A DNA stretch of 64,000 nucleotides from Chthoniobacterales bacterium (GCA_036388355.1 DASVRZ010000017.1:6514-70513); one strand, 5' to 3'. Counted from the stretch's first letter, positions 18,898 through 29,216 are shown. A program made the numbers and translations. The notes: a model not told the origin generated them from the sequence alone.

Positions 18898-19608
18898 CTA
18901 GGTGCTGGTAATCTCCACCTGCGCGCGCCCGGTGAAGCGGGCGAACGTGATCTTTTCGAAGAGGTTCCCGTTGTTAGCTCGCGTAAAAACGTCTGAGCTG
19001 CCACTCCAAAAGCCTTCATAGAGGAATAGCCGAAGGTTCGCGGACGGCATTTGTATCATGCCGGTATTAGTAAACTGAACGACCGGCATGGCGTACTCCG
19101 CCGTGATGGAAGGAAACTTGTCTGAACTCGTGAGCGCTACTGTTCCGCCGGATGCATCGCTAGCGACCGTGCCCGCTCCGCTTTTGAAGGAGATCCCCTT
19201 GGGCAGTGCCAGCCATTTCGTGAGAGCCACGTATTTAGGGGGATTCGCAGAGGCAGGGTCCAGGGAGGGGTTGTACTCACGGAAGACAATGAACCGCGTA
19301 TAGGGAAATCCCTCGTTTTGCTCGCCGCGGGATCGCATCGGGATCTTGCCATCGGCAAAGCCCACATAGACGTTAGTGGATTGCTCCAACGCAGCGACGC
19401 GGGCTTGCTCGAAGGTGTTGAGCAGAATGTTAACAGCGCCCTTTCGCCCCTTCGAGCCGAGCACATCATTAATGGCCGGAAGCGTCATCCCGAGCATCAG
19501 GAGCAGGATCGCCACCACAGCGAGTAATTCAACGAGAGTGAAGCCCGCCTGAAATTGGCAATTCTTTATCGGCCCGCCTGTTCGGTGCTGGTTTGCGAAT
19601 TCTCCCAT
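18898..19608 (-). CDS. Verru_Chthon cassette protein D-like (FimU/GspH-like)
   Basis: G|FTLVELLAVVAIL, FEQARVAAL, WLALPKG, FTGRA. Confidence 0.85.
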   Translation of the reverse strand: MGEFANQHRTGGPIKNCQFQAGFTLVELLAVVAILLLMLGMTLPAINDVLGSKGRKGAVNILLNTFEQARVAALEQSTNVYVGFADGKIPMRSRGEQNEGFPYTRFIVFREYNPSLDPASANPPKYVALTKWLALPKGISFKSGAGTVASDASGGTVALTSSDKFPSITAEYAMPVVQFTNTGMIQMPSANLRLFLYEGFWSGSSDVFTRANNGNLFEKITFARFTGRAQVEITST

Positions 19609-19807
19609 GATTCACTGCACGGTTGGTTGGAACCTGTGCCCCTTGTCACTGCCCGGCTCAACCCGGACTATGTTACAAATTGATTGCAGAACGGATCACG
19701 ACTGCCAAGTGGAATCTAGTTGGAAAATCTTCCAGGCCGCGAACAGGGCGTGAACTGCGGAAATTCATGCGTGCTCTTCACCGTGGCGACGATCTATATT
19801 TCCGCCA

Positions 19808-20812
19808 ATGCCTGGCACCACCACTACACCTGATCCGGAGTTCGATCGCTCACTGCGGCCGCCGGTCTTTGCGGATTTTGGCGGGCAGGTGAAGGTCTGC
19901 GAGCGGCTCGAACTGATGGTGGAAGCAGCGAAACAACGTGGCGACGTGCTGGATCATATCCTTCTCAGCGGCCCTCCCGGTCTGGGAAAGACAACCCTCG
20001 CTTACATTCTGGCGACGGCGATGGGCGGCAGCATCAAAAACACCAGCGGCCCGATGATCGAGAAAGCCGGCGATCTTGCCGGACTGCTAACGACCTTGGA
20101 GCGGGGCGATGTCCTTTTCATTGACGAGATCCACCGATTGCAGCCGACGATCGAGGAGTATCTCTATCCGGCGATGGAGGATTTTAAATTAGACATCCTC
20201 ATCGACCAGGGCCCGAGCGCCCGCAGTGTGCGCTTGAACCTCCCGAGGTTCACCCTCATCGGAGCGACCACCCGCGCGGGAATGATCAGCGCTCCGTTGC
20301 GTTCGCGGTTCGGGATCAATCCACGCCTCGACTATTACACAGCGGACGAATTGCAAAAAATCGTCCTCCGCAGCGCGCATTTGCTCGAGCTCACCATCGA
20401 CGATGCTGGCGCGTTGGAAATTGCCGCCCGTTCCCGAGGCACGCCGCGTATTGCTAATAATCTCCTGCGCTGGGTGCGCGATTACGCTCAGGTGAAAGCC
20501 AATTCGCAGATCTCCCAACCGGTCGCGGCGAAAGCGCTCACCATGCTCGAGATTGACGCCGATGGCTTCGACGAAATGGACAAGCGGATCCTCGAGGCGC
20601 TCATCATCAAGTTCCAAGGCGGCCCGGTCGGCATCAATTCACTCGCCGTTTCCGTGGGCGAAGACGCCGGAACGATCGAAGACGTCAACGAGCCGTATCT
20701 CATCATGCAAGGCTACATCAAACGCACCGCTCAAGGCCGCGTTGCCATGCCTGCCGCCTACAAAAAACTGGGGCTCGCGCAGCCCGGAAGAGCCGGGGAT
20801 CTCTTCGCCTGA
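19808..20812 (+). CDS. ruvB: Holliday junction branch migration ATPase RuvB
   Basis: [39 protein letters not shown]. Confidence 0.98.
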   Translation: MPGTTTTPDPEFDRSLRPPVFADFGGQVKVCERLELMVEAAKQRGDVLDHILLSGPPGLGKTTLAYILATAMGGSIKNTSGPMIEKAGDLAGLLTTLERGDVLFIDEIHRLQPTIEEYLYPAMEDFKLDILIDQGPSARSVRLNLPRFTLIGATTRAGMISAPLRSRFGINPRLDYYTADELQKIVLRSAHLLELTIDDAGALEIAARSRGTPRIANNLLRWVRDYAQVKANSQISQPVAAKALTMLEIDADGFDEMDKRILEALIIKFQGGPVGINSLAVSVGEDAGTIEDVNEPYLIMQGYIKRTAQGRVAMPAAYKKLGLAQPGRAGDLFA

Positions 20813-20873
20813 ACCGGCGGAGATTAGGATGTGAGTTGTTTTTCCAGACGCCCAGTATAGTGATGGAGGCCGC

Positions 20874-21593
20874 ATGAAAATCACCCTCTTCGTCCCCTGC
20901 TTTGTCGATATGTGCTATCCGCACGTCGGGGTAAGCATCGTGGAGATTTTCGAGCGGCTCGGGCATGAAGTGGAATGCCCCGAGGAAGTGGCCTGCTGCG
21001 GGCAACCGGCGTTTAATTCCGGCTACTGGGAAGAGGCGCGGAAGGTCGCTCTCCCCGCGATGCAACGGCTGAAATCGGCCGATGTCATCGTCATCGCCTC
21101 CGGCTCGTGCGGCGCGATGTTGAAAGTGTTTTACCCGGAGCTGTTTGCGGGAACGCCTCACGCAGAGGAAGCGGCTGCACTCGCCGCGAAGACTTATGAG
21201 TTCGGCGATTTTCTCGTCAACCAACTCGGCAATCCCGACCTCGGCGCGCGTTTCCCCGCGAAAGTCACCTTTCACGACGGCTGCCACGGTTTGCGTGAAC
21301 TCGGCAAAAAGAAGGAACCCCGCCAGCTCCTTTCGCAAGTGCGCGATCTCGAACTTGTGGAAATGGGCGAAGCCGAGACTTGCTGCGGATTTGGCGGAAC
21401 GTTTTCCGCGAAATTCCCGATGATCTCCACAGCGATGGGCGAGGTGAAATGCGCCTCCGCCATCCAGACCGGCGCGGATTACATTATCTCCAACGACTCG
21501 AGTTGCCTCATGCACATCCAGGGTCTGCTCAACCGGCAGGGCGAACCAATCCGCACCCTGCACATCGCCGAAGTGCTGAATTCCCGCCCATGA
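20874..21593 (+). CDS. lutA: Lactate utilization protein A (CCG-domain Fe-S protein)
   Basis: CCGQPAFNSG, SGSC, HDGCH, CCGFGGTF, DSSCLMH. Confidence 0.9.
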   Translation: MKITLFVPCFVDMCYPHVGVSIVEIFERLGHEVECPEEVACCGQPAFNSGYWEEARKVALPAMQRLKSADVIVIASGSCGAMLKVFYPELFAGTPHAEEAAALAAKTYEFGDFLVNQLGNPDLGARFPAKVTFHDGCHGLRELGKKKEPRQLLSQVRDLELVEMGEAETCCGFGGTFSAKFPMISTAMGEVKCASAIQTGADYIISNDSSCLMHIQGLLNRQGEPIRTLHIAEVLNSRP

Positions 21594-22999
21594 ATCTGAA
21601 CGTCCTCCAGTTTAAGAGCGACTCGGAGCGGATCACGCACGATCTGGATCATCGCCAGCGCATCCAGTCCGCGCTCAAGAAATACGAGATCGCCCGCGAC
21701 GACAAAAAGGCGCGTTTCCAGGATTGGCAATCTGCCCGCCAGGCCGCTGCCGAGACGAAATGGGAAGCGGTCAATCACCTCGATAAGTATCTGGTGCAGT
21801 TCGCCGAAAAGGCGGAAGCGCGCGGCACGAAAGTGCACTGGACGAGCACAGCGGAACAAGCTCGGCAGATTATCCTTGGCATTGTTCATGAGAAAAAAGC
21901 CCGGCGAATCATCAAATCTAAGGTGATGACCGGCGAAGAAATTCACCTCAATGCCGCGCTGGAAAAAGCCGGCTACGATGTCGTGGAAAGCGATCTCGGC
22001 GAATACATCGTTCAGCTCCGGCATGAGGCACCGTATCATTTCGTCTTCCCGGCCATGCATTTGTCGCGGGGCGAAATCAGCGACTTATTCGAGAAGGAAC
22101 TCGGCTCCGCGCCTACGGACAGCCCGGAAGAGCTCACCATGATTGCGCGCCGCGTAATGCGGGATCAGTATCTCGCTGCCGACATCGGCATCAGCGGGGC
22201 CAATTTCGCCGTCGCCGAAACGGGCATGATATCCATCACGGAAAACGAGGGCAACGCCCGCCTCACCTGCGCTTTGCCCAAGGTGCACATCGCGCTCATG
22301 GGCATCGAAAAAGTGCTGCCGCGCTTTGAAGATCTTGCCCTTTTCCTGCCCATGCTCGGCACGGCAGGAGCGGGTCAGGCCGTGACTTGCTACAACTCGA
22401 TGTATGCCGGTCCCCGCCAGCCGGGAGAAACCGACGGCCCCGAGGAAATGCACGTCGTCCTCCTCGACAACAAACGCACCCATCTACTCGCCGACATCGA
22501 GCAACGCGACGCCCTGCACTGCATCCGCTGCGGCGCTTGTCTCAATGTTTGCCCCATTTACAAAAACGTCGGCGGCCACACCTACGGCACGACCTATCAA
22601 GGCCCGATCGGCTCGGTGATCACACCACATCTGCGCGGGATCCAAGAATGGAAACATCTGTCCAGCGCCTCCTCCCTCTGCGGCGCGTGCACCGAAGCGT
22701 GCCCGGTGAAGATTAATCTCCACCACCATCTGCTGCACAATCGGCGGAACGCCATCGCGCAGAAACCTGTTTGGTGGGAACAAATCATCTTCCGCCTCAC
22801 TTCCCTGCTCTTCAATCATCCGGCGCTGTATCGCTTCGCCGCGTGGGGCGGACGCATTGGGCAAATCTTCCATCCGCTAATCCAAGGCTCCGTTCTCGAC
22901 CCCGCTCGCGCCTGGACGAAAACCCGCGAGTTGCCACCCGTGGCGGAGCAAACTTTTAAGGAATACTGGCGCAGCCGGCGCATGGAAAAGAAGTCATGA
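21590..22999 (+). CDS. lutB: Lactate utilization protein B (4Fe-4S)
   Basis: KSKVMTGEE, ESDLGEYI, ENEGNA, CIRCGACLNVCP, SSLCGACTEACP. Start at ATG 21590. Confidence 0.92.
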   Translation: MNLNVLQFKSDSERITHDLDHRQRIQSALKKYEIARDDKKARFQDWQSARQAAAETKWEAVNHLDKYLVQFAEKAEARGTKVHWTSTAEQARQIILGIVHEKKARRIIKSKVMTGEEIHLNAALEKAGYDVVESDLGEYIVQLRHEAPYHFVFPAMHLSRGEISDLFEKELGSAPTDSPEELTMIARRVMRDQYLAADIGISGANFAVAETGMISITENEGNARLTCALPKVHIALMGIEKVLPRFEDLALFLPMLGTAGAGQAVTCYNSMYAGPRQPGETDGPEEMHVVLLDNKRTHLLADIEQRDALHCIRCGACLNVCPIYKNVGGHTYGTTYQGPIGSVITPHLRGIQEWKHLSSASSLCGACTEACPVKINLHHHLLHNRRNAIAQKPVWWEQIIFRLTSLLFNHPALYRFAAWGGRIGQIFHPLIQGSVLDPARAWTKTRELPPVAEQTFKEYWRSRRMEKKS

Positions 23000-23691
23000 G
23001 CGAACGCGCCAACATTCTCGCCCGCATTCGGGAAGGTCTCGCCATGCCCGCTCCCGTACCCGGCGCGCACGACCTGCATGGCCACGAACACGCTCCGAAC
23101 CCCGCCCCCATCCTGCCGGGAATGGTGACCAAATGGCTCCCTTCTGGCGCTGGAACTTTTGGCGAGCAGATCGCCCTTTTCACCAAGAATTCTTTTGAGC
23201 TGAAAACCGATTTCCAACTCTTCGACTCCCAGTCCGAACTGCGGGGGGCACTGGCAACTCTGGCGCAGATCGAAGGCTGGGAGCGCATCGGAACCCACGG
23301 AGGAGCGCTCACGGATGAGATTTGCCCGACGCTCGGTCTGCCGATCCTCAGGACTGACAACACCTACTCGGCGCAGGAATTGGAGACTTGCAACGTAGGC
23401 ATCTCAGAATGCGATTTCCTCATCGCGCAGACAGGATCCGTCCTCGTGACCACCCGCAGCGCCGGTGGCCGCGCGCTTTCGGTGCTTCCGCCGCACCACG
23501 TGGTGCTGGCACGGCGCGAACAATTGCTGCCCGATCTCTCCGCCGGTTTTGCCGCGCTGAAGAAGAAATACGCAGACAATTTCCCTAGCTTCATGAGCCT
23601 GATCACCGGCCCCAGCCGCACCGGCGATATCGAGCGCATTCTCGTCCTCGGGGCCCACGGCCCGAAGAAGCTCACGATTTTCTGCTACTAG
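22996..23691 (+). CDS. lutC: Lactate utilization protein C (LUD domain)
   Basis: IAQTGS, GRALSVLPPHH, ITGPSRTGDIE, GAHGP. Confidence 0.9.
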   Translation: MSERANILARIREGLAMPAPVPGAHDLHGHEHAPNPAPILPGMVTKWLPSGAGTFGEQIALFTKNSFELKTDFQLFDSQSELRGALATLAQIEGWERIGTHGGALTDEICPTLGLPILRTDNTYSAQELETCNVGISECDFLIAQTGSVLVTTRSAGGRALSVLPPHHVVLARREQLLPDLSAGFAALKKKYADNFPSFMSLITGPSRTGDIERILVLGAHGPKKLTIFCY

Positions 23692-23702
23692 CCCGCAAGT
23701 CC

Positions 23703-24329
23703 ATGTCGGCTGCTCCGTTGCTCATGATCTTCGTGAAATATCCGGAGCCGGGGCGTGTGAAAACCCGCATAGCTGCGGAAACCGGAGCGGAAGCAGCGGC
23801 AGCTATTTACCGCGAGATGGTTCAGGAGGTGTTGGACGCGTTGCCCGAGGGGCAAAAGGTCCGCGTGCTCTACGACGGCTTTCGACCATTGGCGGATTAT
23901 CAGCAATGGCTCCAGCACCCCGCGCTCGCGGAAGCTGAATTTGCTGAGCAATCGACGGGAGATCTTGGGGAGCGCCTGCGCGAAGCATTCGCGAACGCTT
24001 TTCGAGGCGGCTGGAGACACGTCGGAGTGATCGGGAGCGACTGCCTGGAGCTCACATCGGAGATCTACATGGAGGCATGGGCCGCTCTGGGCACCCGCGA
24101 TGTCGTCATCGGCCCTACCTTTGATGGCGGTTACTATTTCCTCTTACTAAAGGCGGAGCAACCGGCTCTCTTTACTGGCATTGAATGGAGCAGCGAGCGT
24201 GTTTTCGCACAGACTATCGCCGCCGCTAAAGCCGAGGCTCTGTCCGTTTTCGCCCTGCAAAAGTTGAACGACATCGACACTCGCGCCGATTGGGAACACT
24301 CCCGCTCCGAGCGTCAGGGTTTACCCTGA
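23703..24329 (+). CDS. TIGR04282/DUF2064 family glycosyltransferase-like protein
   Basis: IFVKYPEPGRVKTR, QSTGDLGERL, IGSDC, IGPTFDGGYY, IEWS, LNDID. Confidence 0.88.
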   Translation: MSAAPLLMIFVKYPEPGRVKTRIAAETGAEAAAAIYREMVQEVLDALPEGQKVRVLYDGFRPLADYQQWLQHPALAEAEFAEQSTGDLGERLREAFANAFRGGWRHVGVIGSDCLELTSEIYMEAWAALGTRDVVIGPTFDGGYYFLLLKAEQPALFTGIEWSSERVFAQTIAAAKAEALSVFALQKLNDIDTRADWEHSRSERQGLP

Positions 24330-24437
24330 TGTTCCGTCTAGCAGCACGCAAATGTGACATTTGCGTTGCAACTGGGCCATTTTGCGTAAGTTGCGCTTGA
24401 GTTTTGCTCCAGAAGCCCTCCTTAACAAACCCGCCCC

Positions 24438-25097
24438 ATGGACTACCAGCAAGACCACACCCCTCCTCCGGCGGCTGTCCCTCAGAGCTTGGGAGCGACC
24501 CTCCGCGCGGACTTTGATGCGCTCCAAAACGACTTTGAGCAAGCGACGGAAATGGCGGCGGATTTCCAACGGCAGCTCGCCGGGAAATCCAATGAGTTTG
24601 CGCAGCTAAAAGCGATTTTCGATCGCACCACGCAGGATTTCGTCCGCTTGCAGGCCGATATTGCCAAACTACGGGAGGAACGTCACCGCCTGGCCAATGA
24701 AGCGATGCGCGCAACCGGTCTGGAGATGCAGTTGAACCAGGCCGTCGCCGAGCGGGACAAGCTCAGAGCTGAAGTGCGGATGTTGCGAACAAGTCCGGCT
24801 GTGAGTGCCCACCCTTCTCCAGTCCAGGAAGAGAAGATAACCCGGCTGATGACAGAACTTGAGGCGGCCAATCGGCGCGCTGCCACTCCGCTGCACGCCG
24901 ATTCCCTAGGAGATCCAAAGGCCGTTGCGGCTCTCATGCGGCTTTATCGAGCGGCCGACGAGCTCCGTACCATTGTAGAAGCTCCACCGAGCGGCGCGCG
25001 CCCTACCACTTTCGCGACACCCAAAACGGCCTCGCAAAGAGGGATCACGTTGGATGAGGAGTCCACGGACCACATCAACATTTCCTTTTCCGGCTAG
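24438..25097 (+). CDS. Coiled-coil hypothetical protein
   Basis: 219-aa ORF with heptad-rich helical segments. Confidence 0.7.
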   Translation: MDYQQDHTPPPAAVPQSLGATLRADFDALQNDFEQATEMAADFQRQLAGKSNEFAQLKAIFDRTTQDFVRLQADIAKLREERHRLANEAMRATGLEMQLNQAVAERDKLRAEVRMLRTSPAVSAHPSPVQEEKITRLMTELEAANRRAATPLHADSLGDPKAVAALMRLYRAADELRTIVEAPPSGARPTTFATPKTASQRGITLDEESTDHINISFSG

Positions 25098-25124
25098 CCG
25101 CCTTCCCGTCCATTTCGTGTGCAC

Positions 25125-25161
25125 AAAAAAAACAACCGCTCCTTTCGGGGAGCGGTTGTTT
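25125..25161. terminator. Bidirectional rho-independent terminator
   Basis: AAACAACCGCTCC / GGAGCGGTTGTTT perfect stem between convergent genes. Confidence 0.85.
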
Positions 25162-25188
25162 AATTTCAGGCCTGTGACCTGAGGGCGA

Positions 25189-26223
25189 TTAACGTCCGTA
25201 GAGGCACTTCGTGAGGTAACCCGAGATCGCAGTGGCGCGATTTTCCGCACGCAGTTCGGCAATCTTCGCGCGATCCACTTCGAGAGCGCGTTCCCACAGC
25301 CAGGTGAGGTTGTTGCCGCTGACGGTGAGGACGTCCTGGATGTTTTTCGGGTCGTCAGTGCGAGGGGCTTTCACGTCGAAACAAATGATTCCGTCCCACT
25401 CGGTGTCTTGTAGGACGACGCAAAGGGCGAGATCCTTGACCGGCTCGGTGTAACCGAACGGCAAATCCTGATCGTAACGCTGGCCGTCCTGCGCGTTGAG
25501 ATGGATGTGGAACAGCTTGTTGGCTTCGAGGCACATCTCGATATCCCAGAGGTAATCGAGGCCGGCGATGCGGCTGTGAGCGGTTTCGGGATTCAAACCG
25601 AAGAGTGGCTGAATGGATGGATCGAGGCGGCTGATGAGGTAAAGCGCTTCACCGACGTTCGCGAGATACATGTTGGCGCGGGGTTCGTTTGGCTTCGGCT
25701 CGAGAGCGAAACGAATGGAGTGGCCATATTTCTCCAAAGCGTATTGGCCGACGGCGTTGAAGCCTTCGACGAGGCGTTGAAAGGAGTCGCGGCCATTCTT
25801 CGCGAGAACGAAATCGAAGCCTTCGCGGCCATTCCAGAAAACCATGGTCTCGGCTCCGAGAACGCTCGTGGTGTCCACGGCGAGCTTCGCATTCTCAAGA
25901 CCCTTGGCGCGGATGGCAGGAACGTTGGAAGTCATCGCGCCGTCTTTGAAAATCGAATCAGCGAAGAACGATGGGGTGTACATCGCGCATTTCAGCCCGT
26001 GCTTTTCGGCCATCGCGAGGGCTTTCTCTGCGTCGGTCGCAGGGATCTCGACGTCGTGCGCTTCAAACCAGGACATGCCGGCCTCGGCGAGCAGCGGGAG
26101 ACGGTCAATGATTGGAATCGCTTCGCGGGTAGGACCGCCGAAGGGATCGCCACCGGGTCCGAGATTCCAGACGCCAGCTCCGACGCCTTGTTTGCCTGCT
26201 TTGTTTTTCAGTTGGAAGGACAT
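25189..26223 (-). CDS. Xylose isomerase family protein (short Streptomyces/Thermus-type, variant)
   Basis: GDPFG, AHD, FKDGA, FWNGREG, FALEPKPNEPR, NPETAH, YDQDLPFG, FDVK. Confidence 0.88.
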   Translation of the reverse strand: MSFQLKNKAGKQGVGAGVWNLGPGGDPFGGPTREAIPIIDRLPLLAEAGMSWFEAHDVEIPATDAEKALAMAEKHGLKCAMYTPSFFADSIFKDGAMTSNVPAIRAKGLENAKLAVDTTSVLGAETMVFWNGREGFDFVLAKNGRDSFQRLVEGFNAVGQYALEKYGHSIRFALEPKPNEPRANMYLANVGEALYLISRLDPSIQPLFGLNPETAHSRIAGLDYLWDIEMCLEANKLFHIHLNAQDGQRYDQDLPFGYTEPVKDLALCVVLQDTEWDGIICFDVKAPRTDDPKNIQDVLTVSGNNLTWLWERALEVDRAKIAELRAENRATAISGYLTKCLYGR

Positions 26224-26345
26224 GTATTTTAGGGATGAGGGTTAAAGAGAGGCGTGATCCAACCATTTTTGCGGGAATCTGACAATCGGTTATCGCACGC
26301 TTCGGCTAATCAGGATTAACGCGTGCCGTGCGAAAGCGGCTGCCC

Positions 26346-27449
26346 TTAAGGAGCGGACGGAATCGTAAAACGGAAAACAGCTCCCTCGCCGACGACGCTC
26401 TCCACGGAAATGGTTCCGCCATGAGCTTCCACAATCTGTTTGCAGATAGCGAGACCGAGGCCCGATCCGGCGAGAGTGGGGTCCGGATCTGTCTCCGATT
26501 TGTCGAAAAGCTTCTCCATGCGATCCGCGGCGATGCCCATTCCGGTATCCTGCACCCAACATTCCACGCCGGCGTCGCTCCCGGTCGCTCCGACCGTGAT
26601 CTCCCCGCCGGGCGCAAAGCGGACCGCGTTGCTCACCAGATTCTGGAAGGCGCGAGAAAGCAGGTTCGCGTCTGCATTGATCATCAGATCGCGCGGAACA
26701 ATGTTCGTGACCTTAATCTGAGAGGCAGCCGTCACCGTCCGCATGTCCAAACAGAGATGGTGGACGAGCGGCCAAAGATCGAAATTCCGGCGGATGAGCC
26801 GCAATCCTTCACTGCAATCTGGATCGCGCTCTTCCTGCATGACGCGTCCGATCAACTCCTCGATGCGTTGCACATTTCGCACAAGAAGGCGGAGCATCTC
26901 AGCAGATTCCCCGGAGTCGGGAGGAAGATCCTCCGCCAAAAGTGAGGCTGTGAGGGAAATGGCATTCAGCGGAGTGCGCACATCGTGAGCGATGAAGGCA
27001 AAATGCTCGTCCCGGCGCCGCTGCAGCTCCAGAGCCTGCTCGTTGGCGTAAGTGTCCACTGCGAGGGCGATGGCGTCGTCGATGATGTGATTGATCTTCC
27101 GACTTTCCGAGGCGGAGAACTGCATCCCCGCGTCCTCGGCAACTTCATGAACCGCGTCGCGCAGGATGTTGTACTCCGTAACGACCTCTTTGATTTTAAA
27201 GCCAGCCGCCAGCCGCTGCATGCCGTGTTCGTGCGGGCTCCCACCGCCAGGCTCGCCAACCACTTGTTCCTGGCGCCCGGCGATCGCCCTGATCATCTCG
27301 TCGATGAACTGGGGAATGTGGTCGCGGAGGCTGGCTGGATCGAGATCGATGGCTCCGTCCAGTTTACCCACTTCCGCCTTCCATCGGGAAAAGAGAGTGG
27401 ACTTATGCTCGCGGAGCACAGAGGCCAGAATGGGCAGCTGGTTAGTCAT
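26346..27449 (-). CDS. Cytoplasmic sensor histidine kinase with RsbRD-N-like input domain
   Basis: HG.QR...GF....VVTEY..LR N-terminus, IAHDVRTPL H-box, NLVSNAVRF, QDTGMGI, GSGLGLAI. Confidence 0.9.
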   Translation of the reverse strand: MTNQLPILASVLREHKSTLFSRWKAEVGKLDGAIDLDPASLRDHIPQFIDEMIRAIAGRQEQVVGEPGGGSPHEHGMQRLAAGFKIKEVVTEYNILRDAVHEVAEDAGMQFSASESRKINHIIDDAIALAVDTYANEQALELQRRRDEHFAFIAHDVRTPLNAISLTASLLAEDLPPDSGESAEMLRLLVRNVQRIEELIGRVMQEERDPDCSEGLRLIRRNFDLWPLVHHLCLDMRTVTAASQIKVTNIVPRDLMINADANLLSRAFQNLVSNAVRFAPGGEITVGATGSDAGVECWVQDTGMGIAADRMEKLFDKSETDPDPTLAGSGLGLAICKQIVEAHGGTISVESVVGEGAVFRFTIPSAP

Positions 27450-27551
27450 TCAAGAGATGGGGAACAGGCGACCATAGAAGAATTTCGCCTGCTGGCAAGG
27501 ATGCGGTGATCCTTCCAGCCAATTCTACACGCTAAGACAGTTCGGAACGGG

Positions 27552-28970
27552 TCAGCCGCCGTAAGAACTCTCCACCCGGGCGGCGACGTCTTTGTAGCCG
27601 TAGTCCACTTCGTAGATTTGTTTGAAGCAATCGAGCGACTCGTCTTTTTTCTCCATCTGCTCGAGCACCAGGCCGAGGTTGTAGAGGATGTCCTTCTTCG
27701 TGCCGTCCATGACGAGGATCTCTTTCGCCGCGTCTTGAAAGGTGCGGACCGAGAGATCGAGCATGTTGAGCTGCTGATAACAGCGACCGAGCAAATTCAT
27801 CGCGCGCAGGCGGACGTTCGGGCTCTTGCGGGCGGTCTGGAGTTCCGGAATCGCTTCGCGATAGGCGCCGGAATTAACCAGCACTTCGCCGAGCTCGAAA
27901 TGGAGCATGAGGTCCGTCGGATTTTTTTCCACACGTTTGCGGGCTTCACCGAGGAGCACTTCGGCGCGCAAACGGCGGTATTCCGTGAGATGCGTCTGAT
28001 ACTCCGGAGCGGCAGGATCGTCGGGATTGGCCGCGAGGAAGTCTTCGTACGACTTGATGTTTTCGTCGTAGAGCTTCATCTGCAGATCGGTCGCTTTGCG
28101 GACCAAAGTGGCGTCGGTGTTCTGCGTGAGGGACGCCGCGTAGGTGAACCATTGCACTGCCGTGGGCAGGTCGCCTTTTTGCTCAAACAAACCCGCCATC
28201 TTGCGAACGACGTCGATGTTTGAGGGGTTCTCGTTGTAGCGAACGGTGAGTTCCGCGAGCTGATTCTCGATCATGTCCTCAGACCGCACGACGCGGCCTT
28301 GCTGCTCGAGGGACGTGGCGAGATCCTTGTCCTTGATGAGATCGCGATAATCTTTCGTGCCGCCTGATTCCGCGACGGCTTCCCAGCCTCCGCTCTTCAT
28401 GGAGGCAGCGGCAGCGGCGTCTTTGCCCAATTTCACCGCTTCCATGTCGCTGCGGTTGATCTCAACCAGCTGACTGTAGATCTCCACGGCTTTGGCAGGC
28501 TCGCCGTTCTCATAGTAGAGTCTGGCAAGTTCGTGAAGCACCTTGGGCTCCTTCGGATGGCCGTCGCGCACGGTTTCCATTGCGAAACGCGCTGTTTCGT
28601 AGAGATCCAGGGCGAGCGCGCCTTCTTTGAGAACTTGATTGGCCTGTGTGTTGTAAGGGTCTGTTTCCAGAATCTTTTCGGCCGCATCCATGGCTGCCGC
28701 AGGATCTTTTTTCAACAGGCCCTGAGCCTTCATCGCGCCAAGGGGAGAACCGCCTTTGAGTCCGAAGAAGCCTTTTTTCTCCTTGAGCTGGCCAGTGGCG
28801 ACTTTACGCAAAACTTTCCGGCCGTCGACGAAACCCGGCTCTTCACGCAACACGTCTTGAAGGAGCGTGATGCCGTATTGGTAGTTCTTCAGCTCCAGGG
28901 CCGAGATGGCCTTGAGGTAATTGGAGCGTGCTTGGGAGGAAAGTTGTTTTTCGGTTTTGGGAGGAGGCAT
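27552..28970 (-). CDS. Tetratricopeptide repeat protein
   Basis: Multiple TPR-like helix pairs; C-terminal YNLG...CFKQIYEVDYGYKDVAARV. Confidence 0.85.
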   Translation of the reverse strand: MPPPKTEKQLSSQARSNYLKAISALELKNYQYGITLLQDVLREEPGFVDGRKVLRKVATGQLKEKKGFFGLKGGSPLGAMKAQGLLKKDPAAAMDAAEKILETDPYNTQANQVLKEGALALDLYETARFAMETVRDGHPKEPKVLHELARLYYENGEPAKAVEIYSQLVEINRSDMEAVKLGKDAAAAASMKSGGWEAVAESGGTKDYRDLIKDKDLATSLEQQGRVVRSEDMIENQLAELTVRYNENPSNIDVVRKMAGLFEQKGDLPTAVQWFTYAASLTQNTDATLVRKATDLQMKLYDENIKSYEDFLAANPDDPAAPEYQTHLTEYRRLRAEVLLGEARKRVEKNPTDLMLHFELGEVLVNSGAYREAIPELQTARKSPNVRLRAMNLLGRCYQQLNMLDLSVRTFQDAAKEILVMDGTKKDILYNLGLVLEQMEKKDESLDCFKQIYEVDYGYKDVAARVESSYGG

Positions 28971-29024
28971 GGGTAAAAGAGCTAGTAAAGAGCGGCCTGG
29001 GTGAGGTCGTCGAAGAACGCAGGG

Positions 29025-29216
29025 CTATTGAGCGCCACCGTCGTCCTGTTTCAGCGTGGCTGGAGCGGTGTAGGCTTCCAGTCGGGCATACTCCAGTTGG
29101 GCGTTCTTCGAGAAATCTCGGAAGAAGTTCTCTGTGCCGTGTTCAAACAGGATCACAAAGGAAAAGGTGAAGACAACAAATAATGCCACCCAGAAGAGTT
29201 TGCGGAGTAAGCCCAT
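29025..29216 (-). CDS. Small membrane protein
   Basis: 63 aa, one TM helix (LFWVALFVVFTFSFVILF), co-oriented between two genes. Confidence 0.7.
   Translation of the reverse strand: MGLLRKLFWVALFVVFTFSFVILFEHGTENFFRDFSKNAQLEYARLEAYTAPATLKQDDGGAQ

Noticed and set aside
19683..19712. Sigma54 promoter for the pilin cassette (TGGCA...TGC on minus)
   Set aside because: The spacing between GG and GC does not fit the -24/-12 geometry.
19808..20812. ruvB without ruvA/ruvC
   Set aside because: Dispersed ruv genes are common and not informative.
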